Of a stretch of 64,000 nucleotides of DNA, positions 10,446-22,384 are shown in pieces (within the stretch, counting starts at the first letter, position 1; each line of letters opens with the position of its first letter). Below the pieces are notes generated by a model. The model did no database searches, was not told the DNA's origin, and worked only from the letters and a program-made list of their open reading frames with translations. Location of the stretch: positions 564,014,001 through 564,078,000 of the forward strand of contig JBNRSN020000001.1 in assembly GCA_051313645.2 (NCBI GenBank), given 5' to 3'. A program made the translations under genes and the position numbers. The stretch comes from Centroscyllium fabricii (taxonomy: Eukaryota).

Positions 10446-13400
10446 GCACATGATTGCTCAACTCGGGAAACTGGGTTGGTCGGAGGGGACAGCTGAAGAG
10501 CAAGGCTATCCAGAGACGAGGGACGCCAAATGGCTTGGAAGCCACGGCTATCAGGTTGCCGATGAAAGCGATGAAAGCCATACAGTCGAGGAACCGACCA
10601 CGAAAACAAAGAAACAACACCGTCGGAGAAAAACTAGAAAGCATTGTATGTTTAAATTGTTAACAATGTTAGAACGTTCAAATGTACGGAGTGGATGTAA
10701 CTAGAAAAAGTAAATGTTAAATTTGTTAACATCGTTAGAACATTCAAATGTATAGAGTGGATGCACCATGTTAAGGAAGAGTACAAAGTGATAAATGTAC
10801 GTTAATTATTGTTGTAAAAATATTGTTGTATGAAAAAGGTTATACTGAGTGGAATGGGTTAAAAATGATGGTAAGCGACTAGCTAGCATCGAACAATGTA
10901 TGTAACAAAAGTTAATTGTTATACTTCCAAGTGTACTTATCATCGTACCCGTACCATTGAATTAGGAAGGGAAGAATGTGGTGTATGGACAACATAAACC
11001 TATGTACTGATGATGCTAGACTCTACCTCGGCATCACCCCTCTATATCACCCATGCCTCCTATACAATGGCCTGTGCCTTTAAAGATGGTGCTGGGCACT
11101 GTATCATGTGATGTCACCAGGCTGCAGTACCCTTACCAGCCACTGTCGTGTATATAAGCTTGTGTGTGTAGTTCCTGTTCAGTCCTCGATTAGTCCTCCA
11201 TTAGTCCTTGACTAGTCCTCTCCTAGACTATGTTGTAAGCTACTGTAAATATGTTGGCGCGAGGAGCGCCACTGGTTAAGTTGTGATTTTACCATGCCAG
11301 TAAACATCACCCAGTTAGAACTTAACCTGAGTCTGTCATCATTTGTCCTCCTTCTAACATAAAATGTAACAATGGCGATAGACTTAACAGGGACCACGGC
11401 CACATTGATTTTAACAGTTGCGCTGTGAGTGTTCTGCAGCATTGAGGTGCTGCAAACACTGACAAACACTGCATAAATGTGCAGGGCTGCACCCAGTCTC
11501 TCACATGACTCCCTCCATATGCTTATGGAGGGAGTCACAGCATGCATAGATTCTCTTTCCTTCCCATGGGTGGAAGATTCCTCTGCAGGAGATCAACGCA
11601 GTCTGGTTGCACATTGCACAGGAGGACACAAGCAGGGATGTCGTCACGATGGCTGGCTGCAGTGGCGCCAACCTTTCAATGATCTCAGTAAATCCCAAAA
11701 TGTTACTGTAATGCCACACTCAACCTCATCTTGCTGTGCCACTCATCGCATCCCTATCACTTTGCCTCCCATACTCTAGTCCTGCACATCCTTACTCACA
11801 CCATCTTACCTTGCACCTCACCCATCCCTCTCTATCTACATTGTCACTTCCCCATCTCACTAGCCACCCCTCACACTCACCCTCATCCTACTGCAAGCAC
11901 ACCAACTAACAACACACAAGTGTCGGCACTTGAGAGGTTTAGCCAATGTCCATGTGAAGTTTCTAGTAATGTGTTGTCATACAATTAAATCTATATTTTC
12001 AACCCTTCACCTTATTGGACAGATCTGTGCGCACCTTGAGAAGTGTCTTACTGAGTTCCAGTGAATGTTGAGACATAACCGCCACCTCCCCCCCGCCTAA
12101 CCACCCTCCGCCCCGCCTCCCCCCCCACCTACTATAGTGATGAGTGTGCATGGAATGGCTTGGACATTATAGGTGCTGGTGAGGGATGGTGTCAACCTGG
12201 CGCATCATGAGGCAGCCAGGGTGTACAGTGTCAAGTGAAGTAAATCTGGCCATGGTGATGGCGGAGAAGGTTGGTGATGTTGTTGGTGATGTTGGTGTGC
12301 CTGGTGATGTTGGTGTTGGGGCTGATTGTGGAAAGATTCATAGGACCAAGGTGTAATTTTTTCAAGGGCACCGATGTTGCTGGAATAGATGGCAGCTGCA
12401 GGTGAGATGACAGAAGCGATCTGTCAATGGTGAGAGAGGTTGTTCCAATGAGGTGGCACTGGACATACAGTTCGCTTTAAACACTTTTGCAAGCTAAAGA
12501 AATCTCTATACGTATTACAAATGCAGTAACCACCAGTTTCTGAGCTCTAAAACTGATCATCTGCAATATGGCGTCCTTTACACCCCTTCTGCAGCTGTCA
12601 GCTTATCTGATACATCCAAGCAGACACAACGCACGGAAAGTTGAGCTGGCGTGTTGCCTGAGCAGCGGGTAACCCGTGGGGAGCATGTAAAAATTGCAAG
12701 GTAGCTTCAAAATAGCATTCTGTGCTGTACTACTCTATGATTCTATAAATTGAGACTAATCCCTTGTCCGCACAAGAATTTGAAAATGAGTTGAGACCAC
12801 CCCGCTCCCCCTCCCCACCCCCACTGCCCCAGCACACTCCACCAATACAAATATATTTTCAAAATAGAATAAGAGAATGTGAAGAGTGTGCAAAGACTTA
12901 TAAATCATGTACAGGGAAAGAGGCAAGTAAATTAAGGCATACCCGGGCAGATACAAACATACACCAGTTGACCATGCCACCAAAACTTTTGTCTGAGTAC
13001 AAACAATCACACACACATAACAGAGCAGAGCAGATAAACATAGGCATTTTGTTTCTGTATTAAAAACCTGAGTACCAAACTAAGCTGTTGAAACATTCCA
13101 CACTGTCTCATCAGCGGTAGCAGAGCTCTATATAATAAAATGGCAAATGGAATCTTTCTGTTCATGGACAAAAGGAATACAAATCACTACACATTTACAC
13201 AGTGGGAAAAGTATAGGTCAGCTGCAATTTTTTCTAAACATACCTGGACATGGCGATATTTTTTAAAAATTAAAGAGAAAAGACACAAAACAAAATCAAT
13301 GCTAAACATGTATGTGATAAATAACATTCCATGCAATATATTGCAACGCTTCATTACCAATGGTCAGCTGCAGGAATTAGTCTTCCTGTCATTCTGGTGC

Positions 13401-13609
13401 TAGAGACTTGGGAGAATTTGACAGTGACTGTCTTGGAGAAAACTGATTCTAGTATCTAAAACCAGCATTCTTGCTCGCCATCAGTGTCACATGCTTCTTT
13501 CAGCTCCTTCACACCCTAGCTGCCTCAACACAGTCTTTACACTCCCAAACTGCAAGGCATGCAGAATAATGGAGCGGTGCATCAGAAATATTTTTGTCTA
13601 CCGAAACTC

Positions 13610-13900
13610 TTCCCCAATGGCTTAGAGACTAAGAAACCCCTTTTGTGAGTGGACAGCATTTGGAGTGCTCCAATTGGCTTCAGCGCCCTGGGTTAGCAAG
13701 CAGAAGAATTAACCAGCACTCCCATTCCTGTTTCCATTGGCCCAGCTGGAAAGCGCGCATGTGGGAACATCAGTTGTGAACATGATCAGACTCGGCTGTG
13801 ATCTCCTCCACAGTCATATGGCCTGTTGGCACTCAGTGTCCAGACTTACGTGTAATGAATGTTTGCTTGCACGCTGTACTGACGGGCCCATGGAACAGTA
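13610..13900 (+). mobile_element. Possible old SINE-like repeat remnant
   Basis: The segment CTGGAAAGCGCGCATGTG...CTCGGCTGTGATCTCCTCCACAGTC resembles an interspersed repeat I recall from shark genomes. No TSD seen; unverified. Confidence 0.25.
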
Positions 13901-14075
13901 CCCCAGGCAATAGTCCGCACCTTGATTTGAGGAAAAAAGTGGCGGGAATTGAAGAAAAAAACAGAAAGTCATGCTAGCCAGTGCGAGAATCACATTTATA
14001 ACCACCCAGTGTACAGCGACACAAAAGGTTCAATGAACTGTGCCACCCCAGTATTGAGTTACATAAATGTTGATA

Positions 14076-14562
14076 CAGGTTGAGCACCGTTCTTAAGGCA
14101 CGGGCGGGACCAGGCCCGTGCCGGGAAAGTGAAAATCCCGAACGATTGAAGCTTAGGCGCATGCACGCGCAGACCATTCAGAATGGCCGCCGCGAAAGGC
14201 CGGTGGCCATTTTGAATGGTCTGCGCATGCACTTATCGTTCGGGGAGACCTGGCTTGGGGAGGCTCACAGCGGCCAGGCTCGGGGAGATTCGCAGCGGCC
14301 ATGCTCGGGGAAGCTCGCAGCGACCAGGCTCAGGGAGATTCACCGCGGCTCGGGAAGGCTCGCAGCGGCTCGGGAAGATTCGCAACGGCCATTATGAATG
14401 ATCTGCGCATACGCTCACCGTTCAGCGGCGCATGCGCAGATCATTCGTCGAAGCATCGATTGCGGTGGCCATTTTGCGCATGCACAGGGCAGTCGGGGAA
14501 ATTATTGCCGGACATTCGAAGTTGCCGGTTTTTTGGGTAACGGACTAACAGTGCTCAACCTG
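14076..14562. mobile_element. Tc1/mariner (Tigger/pogo-like) MITE
   Basis: TIR CAGGTTGAGCACCGTT / AACAGTGCTCAACCTG (15/16 match), TA TSD on both sides. CpG-rich interior with short tandem repeats. Confidence 0.88.
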
Positions 14563-15311
14563 TAATTAGCTGTTCCGTTTAAAATAGTGGTAACATAGCC
14601 AAAACAATTCAGCTCTAAATTTCTAATAGGTACATAATTTGCCCAGTTAAAATATCAACCAATGGTTAAAGAAAGCTTCCGTTGTGTCCCAAAACAAAAT
14701 ATGCTCTTATATTTGACAGCAAAGTTTATCAAACAGAAAAAGCTATTTTACCAACTGGATAGGCCCACATCACCTGGAAAGTAAAGTAATTTGCCAACTC
14801 TTGAATAATCTTTCCTTATTTAACTCTCCACCTTCCTTTGTATTTCCCAGCTCAATTGTCTTTTACAACTCCTTTCTAATCCACTCGCTAACTCTTTGAT
14901 TTTTATCAAAGGTATTTTTTAGTATTCACTTCTTCTTGTTAAGGTTCTAGTTGAAATAAAACTAGCTGCCAATCAGTCAAGTAACCTTTAAAGCAACCCA
15001 ACATATATATGAGTGAAACAGTAAATGCACATTATGGCACTGAAGCTAGATCCAGTGAGAATAAGTAAGTGTTGGCTTTCTCTTAGGAGATTTGCTGTAT
15101 GCACTGCAGGGATTATAAGTATACAAATTAAATTATGTCAGTTCTGGTGTAAAGTTGCAAAAGAACTGTAAATGTCTGGAGAGCATTATGGAAAGGAAAA
15201 GTACTGAGTGCCATGGGTTTGTTTGTTCATGTGGCACTTACACAGTGTACCAGCATCTACGACAGCTGCAGCCACACCTATCCTGGTTTGGCAGAGAGTT
15301 AATGGACGTTT

Positions 15312-17470
15312 TGGGGGTGAATTTCCCCTCGAGGGCTGTTTGGGGCACTAAGTAAAAATTGTTTGGGAAGTTAGTGCCAGGCGCTAACCTTTTCAAACAT
15401 TAGTTAAATTTCTATTTTTTCTTCCAAGAGGGAAGTGGAGCGTTAAATCAAGCCCGATCCGGGGCGAAGTGACCAGCAGCACCACAAGTGGCCAAGCTTG
15501 GTGCTGCCGCATTGCAAGGGCTCTTCACTGCATTAAAGGAAAGGGTCCCACGGTGCGAGCTCTGCAGGTTTATTTTTAGATATGTGGGCCACCAGGGAGT
15601 GGGAGTGCCACGCGATCAGCCCGGCACTCATGCAGAATGCTGGGCTGACCAATCGCGGCATGGAGGCCACGACCCGTGGGTGAAAATAAATATTTTTTTA
15701 AATCGGCAGATTTTTTTGGCCGGCCGCCCACCGCGCCTTTAAGTTGTAACCCGTGAGCCGCCGGCCGCACTGTTCATGACCCCTGCAGCAGTCGGTAACA
15801 TTGCCTGGTGCTGCTGCGGGGCACGAGGGAGAGTTTTTCTCCTGAGGCGCTACCAGGGCGCTGCGCCCAGAGATGACGTCATGATCTCCGGGCGCAGAAC
15901 AAATTTGCTAGAGTTCTGTGAGGACGTAACATACAGGGTGGATAAAGGGGAACCAGTGGATGTAGTGTATTTAGACTTCCAAAAGGCATTTGACAAGGTG
16001 CCACACAAAAGATTATTACTCAAGTTAAAAAAGTCACGGGATTGGGGGTAATATTCTGGCATGGGTGGAAGATTGGCTTTCTAACAGAAAACAGAGAGTT
16101 GGGATAAATGGTTTGTTCTCAGACTGGCAGTCAGTGACAAGTGGTGTTCTGCAAGGGTCGGTGCTGGGACCCCAACTCTTTACAATCTATATTAATGATT
16201 TGGAGGAAGGGACCAAGTGCAACATATCAAAGTTTGCGGATGACACAAAGATGGGAGGGAGTGTGATGAGTGAGGAGGACATTAAAAACCTGCAAAAGGA
16301 CATAGATAGGCTAAGTGAGTGGGCAGAGATTAGGCAGATGGAATATAATACTGAAAAGTGTGAAGTTATGCACTTTGGCAGGAAAAATAATAGAGTGAGT
16401 TATTATCTAAATGGAAAGAAACTGGAAAGTACTTCAATGCAAAGGGATCTGTGAGTTCTGGTGCAGGAAACACAAAAAGTTAGTATGCAGGTGCAGCAGG
16501 TGATCAGGAAGGCCAACGGAATGTTGGCTTTTATTGCTAAGGGGTGGAGTATAAAAGCAGGGAGGTCTTGCTGCAGTTGTACAGGGTATTGGTGAGACCA
16601 CACCTGGAGTACTGCGTGCAGTTCTGGTGTCCATATTTAAGAAAGGACATACTTGCTCTCGAGGCAGTGCAAAGAAGGTTCACTAGGTTAATTCCGGGGA
16701 TGAGGGGGCTGACATATGACGAGGGTTGAGTAGATTGGGCCTCTACTCATTGGAGTTCAGAAGAATGAGATGCGATCTTATTGAAACATATAAGATTGTG
16801 AGAGGGCTTGATCGGGTGGATGCAGTGAGATTGTTCCCAATGGTGGGTGAAACTAGGACTAGGGGGCATAATCTTAAAATAAGGGGCAGCCATTTCAAAA
16901 CTGAGATGAGGAGAAACGTCTTCACTCAGAGGGTGGTGGGGCTCTGGAATTCGCTGCCCCAGAGAGCTGTAGAAGCTACTACATTGAATAAATTTAAAAC
17001 AGAGATAGACAGTTTCCTGTAATTAAAGGGAATTAGGGATTATGGTGAGCGGGCAGGTAAGTGGACGTGAGGCTAGGTTCAGATTGGCCATGTGATCTCC
17101 TGGACCAGTTTTCGATCGCCTAGATGGGTCGGAGAGGAATTTCCCAGATTTTTTCTCCCAAATTGGCCAATGGGTTTTTTATCTGGTTTTTCGCCTCTCC
17201 CGGGTGATCACTTGGGTTTGGGCGGGATGGAGAGTAAAAATAAAATTGAGGTTAGGATCAGATCAGCCATGATCTTGTTGAATGGCGGAGCAGGCTCGAG
17301 GGGCCGATTGGCCTACTCCTGCTCCGATTTCTTATGTTCTTATGTTCTTAGAAGATCGGGGTGCTACTCAGTAGCGTCGCAGCTAACATCCTGTGGAATT
17401 TCGCGGGGGGCACGGTTATCGCCTCGGGGGCGCACAAAGCCATTCGTTGGCAGTGTTTCCAAATCCAGAT
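15312..17470. mobile_element. GC-rich non-autonomous DNA-transposon-like remnant interrupted by a CR1
   Basis: Starts with a GGGGTGAATTT TIR-like end. CpG-rich sequence continues on both sides of the CR1 insertion (AGAA possible TSD). Right end not resolved. Confidence 0.35.
15899..17350 (+). mobile_element. 5'-truncated CR1/HER1 LINE (RT and 3' UTR), frameshifted
   Basis: VDVVYLDFQKAFDKVPHKRLL, SGVLQGSVLGPQLFTIYINDL, KFADDTK, RPHLEYCVQFW, WNSLPQ; (TTCTTATG)n tail. Confidence 0.92.
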
Positions 17471-17538
17471 AATTCCATTCCAATTGCAACCTTCAATAAT
17501 GCTTCAAGTTCATACTGATAAGAGTTTACACAGGTATT

Positions 17539-18383
17539 GGGCCAGAAATTCGGGTTTGCCGATTGGTGGGCAACTAGGACCATGCGGAACACTTAAGAAG
17601 CCCAGCAACATCTGAGGTTTTTTTTGCTCAGAATTTCCGATTGGCTCCGCCCCCTTCGTTCGCAACGTGGCAGTTCAGCCACGCTACGTGCGAAGTGTAT
17701 GCCCCGCCCACAGATCCCAAATTTAAATAAAAAACGCCCCCCAGATCCCTAATTTAAATGAACAGATCCCGAGTCGGACCTTTGTGAGAGAAGGGAAGTG
17801 CGGAGCTGCACAACAGACTCGCGGGGAGCAGCGCGGGGGCACAGCAGCTTCTCAGAGGAAGAAACGGAAGGTACGTCAGCCATTTTTTCCTCTTAGATTT
17901 TTTAATTTTTTTAATTAGCTAGAGAGTTAAAAATTTCAGAAATGTAACTTTAAAAATTATCGATTTGAAACAGGTAAATTAACTTAAAATCGGATTTGTT
18001 AAATTTAAAAAAAAACTTTAACTTAAAAATTTAACGCTACCGATCTGGCCACACTACTCCCAAAAACTGTAAAAAATTTTAATTAAAGTAAAAAAATTAA
18101 CTTACCATGCTTAAGAACGTTTCTCTCTACCTCACCAATGAGTTACTCCAGCTTTTTTCAAGTGCATCTGTGGGCTCCGTTGCCCACAGAATCACAGAAA
18201 AAAATGACCCTTTTGACCCTTTTTCAATCGGAATTTTTGGGTGCAACTCATTCCTGGGTATTATGCTGAGGGCCCTTCTCCCTCAGCATCGGAAATTTCG
18301 GATCCGTGGGCATCTTGGATCCGTGGGCATTTTTCGTGGGCATCGCCGTGGGCATCTGCTTTAGGCATCGGAATTTCTGGCCC
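17539..18383 (-). mobile_element. Harbinger-like MITE copy 2 (inverted relative to 216-1034)
   Basis: Same TIRs, perfect ATT TSD on both sides, near-identical reverse complement of copy 1 with two small internal duplications. Confidence 0.88.
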
Positions 18384-18955
18384 ATTAGATATTTTTGAAT
18401 GCTGACGACTAAACACAAAACGTGCTTTGACTTTAGGCTCTTTAAATATTAGCGTAAAAATTCTGACTGCATTCTTACAAAATTCATTTGTTTCTTTTAA
18501 ATCTGTTAATAATCTCATGAAAATAGTAGAATAGGAATTTTATACCAAGGAACTAAATATTTGTATATTTATATTCTAAGAGCATAATATCAATATAATG
18601 ATTCCTTGTATCACAAGTTGCAATTTTCCATTGAGAGCGATTACAAAAGCTAGATGTATGAGGTTCTATGTAATGATTGCACATATATTCAATTTAATTC
18701 AATTCAATTCAATATTTAACCCCTTATCATCACCAATATAAACTACAATTCAGACAGTGTTAAGCTATATTTCTTAGTTAAATACAATGACAATATCTTG
18801 ACATATGTCACACTATATTATCACATACATCGTGGTAGCCTGTTCAAGAGGTGACAGCCCTGTGAGGAATGAATTGCTTCCTGCCATCGTACCTGACTCT
18901 TTAGCCACAAAATTTGGCAGACTTCTGGTACGTGTCGTGCCGGACGCCATCCTGG

Positions 18956-19166
18956 TGAGGGCGGTGGAGGCTAGTTCATTGAATATATTCAAGAAGGAGC
19001 TGGATGTATTTATTAAGGCTAGAGGGATCAAGGGATATGGGGAGAAGGCAGGGACAGGGTACTGAGTTTGGATGATCAGCCAATGATCTCATTGAATGGC
19101 AGAGCAGGCTCGAGGGGACGAATGGCCTACTCCTGCTCCTATCTTCTATGTTTCTATGTTTCTATG
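18956..19166 (+). mobile_element. HER1/CR1 3'-end fragment
   Basis: AVEASSLNIFKKELDVF..RGIKGYGEKAG followed by the conserved 3' UTR and (TTTCTATG)3. Confidence 0.85.
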
Positions 19167-19520
19167 TTAGTGTGGGCGCAGTGAGCATCCACTGGAAGTT
19201 AGCAGAGTAGACAGATCATGACAGCAATCATTTTGCAATTTTGGAGCTCAGCGCTCCAGCTAACGTGTTCAGAAGGACCCCCCACCAGTGCTATTTAAAG
19301 GGATCATCAACTACTTGCAGATTGATTTCTACTGGCTGTTGTTGCATTTGTGTCAGTCAGTGGCTCAGTGGGTAGCACTCTCAAGGTGGGAGGGACTAGG
19401 AATGTGCAGGCATTACTGGTTGCCTGATTGCAGCAGGGAGTTGGAGTGAGTTTATAAAAAGCTGGTGGTGGGTTTTGTTTTCAGGTTTTAGGGCCTTTTT
19501 GGCCCATAAGCAACAGCCAG

Positions 19521-21484
19521 ATGGCTACTGAGGGGACCGGAGAGCCGGGCCCCTCAGAGTACAGTGTTCCCAAGTGTGGTAATCATGATTACCTGTGTAA
19601 ATAGTTGAGCACACTACAGACCAGCATGTATAGTGGCTGGGTGCATTGTATATAGTTTTGTATAACGACACTGTCACGAGGTCAGGTCAGCCACACCTCT
19701 AACTCCTCCCCTCAGGTGAGTGCCTTATAGGTGGGGTCTGACCTGCCCCCATTCATTCTGTACTCAATGTTCGACTGGAGAGTAGCTCCATTGTAAAGTG
19801 AATAAAAGCCTCTAGTTAAGGTAACTACTCGTCTTTGCCTCATTGATGATACGTCACCAAGATTAATTTAATTAGGGAGAAACTGCAGTTGGAAGGGAAA
19901 TAAAAAGGCCCAAAGATTTGGGCCAGGACCCCAGGAGATTTGGAAAAGAAAACACGGTGGTGGTTCAGTGCTAGGATAATGAGATACGAGCTTGGGATAT
20001 TATCCAAGCAGTACATGAGGATTGTGGTGAGGGAAGCTGCTTTGCCTGCTGACCAAAGCCGAATGTTGGGTTTCAGGTGACGGTCAGTGGCCGAGAGGAG
20101 GTGGAAAGACTTTTACTCAGTTTGAGAGTTGGCGATAAGTTCTTGGAGTTATCTCTGCTATATTCAGAAGAGGTGGTGGTCTCATTCTTAAACTTGCCAG
20201 TTTATATTGAGGACGATGTACTAATCAAAAAGTTGGCGTCGTGGGACATTAAAATTTGCTCAGCAATAAAGAGGAGATACTATCCAGGAACATGGGTAGC
20301 AGATGGAACCCGTTACATAAAGGTGCGGTTCCCAGAGGGGGTGAAGTCATTACCATACAGCATGAAATTCGAGACAATGGAAGGAGTGCAGTACTTCTGA
20401 GTACTGCATGATAACCAAGTGAAGGTTAGTTATTATTGTCTTGGTCATGACCATCTTGTAACAAACTGTCCAGACTTGTACTGTTATAATTGTGGTGAGT
20501 CTGGACACATCACTCAGAGCTCCAAGGCGGAGAGCTGTGGGGTGTGTCACAAAGGCCCCACCCGCTGTGAGTGTGAGGCAGAAGGAAGCTCTATGAGTGA
20601 TGAGGAGATGGGAGAAGGATGGGGAGGTGAGTGGAATGGCCGGAGGAGTGGCGCAGTCGGAGGACACAGCTGGTAAATTGAAGGAGAAAAGAGCACAGGA
20701 AGAGGCAGAAAATGGCGGAGCAGAGAACAGGATGGAGATGGTGGAAAACACACCAAGTACAGTGGAAAAGAACAAAGACAGCAGCGGGCAGCAAGGGTCG
20801 AGTGCAGATTCGAGCCTTAATACGGTTCAGCTCTCACTAAAGAATCTGGTGTCCACGGGAGGAGAGGAGGCGGGAGCGGGGTGCGTGGTAAATGTAAATG
20901 CTCCAAAGAAAGACGGGGAGTCGGACAATTTGGTGAGCAGGAGGGGGCAATACAAGGAGAGGGTGCAAGAGGCAGGAGCCTTAAAGGGGCAGCAGGATGA
21001 GAGCGGCGAGACAAAGATGCAAGAAGGGAGCAATATAGGTGCGCCATTGCCCCAAAGAGAGAAGGATCAGGGAGCAAGGGTCAGAGGTGGAGATGAGGTC
21101 GAAGGGAGTGGCACGGTGGGAGCAACCGCGATAGCAGGAAGACTGTCTATGGGAGAAGATCTATCTGATGGGGAACAGGATTATGTATCTGATGGGGAGC
21201 AGGCACAGAGGGTTACAGAAGAGCTTGAGAGTGAGGAATTAGAGGGGGACAGAGACATGGAATTGGGGGGTTGGGTAGTATCATGTGGAAAGGGAAAGGT
21301 TAGTGAGGGGCAGAAGGGGGGAAAAAGGACAGCTCCTTGGCCCAAACTTAATGCAAGGAAGAGGCTGAAACAGCAGGAAAGGTTCAAACAGGAGGTGAAA
21401 AAGAGTCGGAGGCTGCAGGAAAAAGTAACAGCTGGCCAAAAAGCTGGGAAGGAGCATGAGAGGAGGGAAGGGCCAGAGATTTAA
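19521..21484 (+). pseudogene. Tx1 ORF1 (ZCCHC3-like RNA-binding region, zinc knuckles, acidic tail), disrupted
   Basis: VVVSFLNLPVYIED...RRYYPGTWVADGTRYIKVRFP...SLPYSMKF, knuckles including CYNCGESGH. Contains stops, frameshifts and a solo LTR. Confidence 0.8.
19575..19856 (+). mobile_element. Solo LTR related to the 53740-54030 LTR
   Basis: TG...CA ends, 5-bp TSD CCAAG (19570-19574 and 19857-19861), TATA-like and GTGAATAAAAGCC. Shares blocks CAGGTCAGCCACACC, GAGAGTAGCTCC and GATACGTCA with the 53740 LTR. Confidence 0.9.
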
Positions 21485-21525
21485 TGTTAGGGAGATTATC
21501 AGGCATACTTCCCTTCTTCAGAGCC

Positions 21526-22384
21526 ATGATTACATTGGTCTCGATTAATGTGAATGGACTGAGGGTTGAAAAGAAATTGCAGCAGTTGTTGCAGGGTTTT
21601 AAAGGCATGGACTTGTTGTGTCTGCAAGAAATCTTTTGGGATGAGGATATCCTAGAAAGAGTTCAGAAGGTTTGGAAGGGAGAGATGTTTGCAAGTTGTG
21701 CAAACAATAGAGGGGTGGCTGTTTTAGTGAGTCCGTCCATAAAGGAGAACGTTGCCTTGGTGGACAAGGACAGTGAGGGGAGATTTTTACAGCTAATGGT
21801 AAAAATGGAGGAATTTAATTGCGATCTATTTAATATCTATGCACCGAACGACCATTGCAAGCGTCGTGAGTTTTTTCGGGGGTTATTCACTGAAGTGGCA
21901 GAGGTGGAAAATCCTTGTATAGTGGGGGATTTTAATGTATTTTTATCTCGGATGGACATTTCAGCACAGATGACCTTTAAGGATGATAACTCCAGAGGGA
22001 TGATTGTAAAAATGATGGCAAATTTAAATTTGAGAGACTTATGGAGGGACCGGAACCCCATAAAAAGGGATTTCTCCAGAACAGGTTGGGTGGATGATGT
22101 TTTAAAACAGAGTTGAATAGATTTTGTGTTAATGCGGAAAGGGTTAAGTTCTGAGGCGATGGAGATTTATTATGAAAATTATTTTTTAGTGGCCACTCGG
22201 CTTTGGTTCTTAGAATTAGGAACAGCAGAGTTAAGATTGGTTCAGGGGTGTGGATTTTAAACAATCAATACCTGAAAGAAATTGCTTATAAAGAAGGGAT
22301 TTTAAATATAATAAAGAATCCTCGTAAGGAACCTTTGTTCTTGAAAGAAAGCGGAGTTTGGTGGGACTATTTCAAATATGAGGT
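21526..22384 (+). pseudogene. Tx1 ORF2 apurinic-like endonuclease domain (continues at 26837-~26965)
   Basis: MITLVSINVNGLR..LCLQE..RGVAVL..NIYAPN..VGDFN..DLWR..S*IDF. The frame DYFKYEV|KVFLARYGKK rejoins across the CsRn1 insertion. Confidence 0.85.

Larger units (their letters stand above)
7037..11389 (+). mobile_element. Non-autonomous Gypsy (Mag-like) LTR retrotransposon, gag-protease only
   Basis: LTRs 7037-7867 (SINE-interrupted) and 10977-11389, TG...CA ends, 5-bp TSD GGGAC (7032-7036 and 11390-11394). PBS TGACGACGAGG at 7869 (tRNA-Ser type, one mismatch), PPT AGGAAGGGAAGAA at 10964-10976. No RT or integrase. Confidence 0.92.
6841..12705 (+). mobile_element. Decayed Harbinger-type DNA transposon hosting the 7037-11389 LTR element
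   Basis: Sequence rejoins across the GGGAC TSD. 11477-11700 encodes a frameshifted Myb/SANT N-terminus (RAAPSLSHDSLHMLMEGV...W..IA...WLQWRQPFNDL) followed by a pyrimidine-rich intron-like tract. Ends approximate. Confidence 0.5.

Noticed and set aside
216-18383. 18 kb composite transposon bounded by inverted MITE copies
   Set aside because: The outer flanks are both ATT, but copy 2 has its own ATT TSD and ATT is the family target, so independent insertions explain it.
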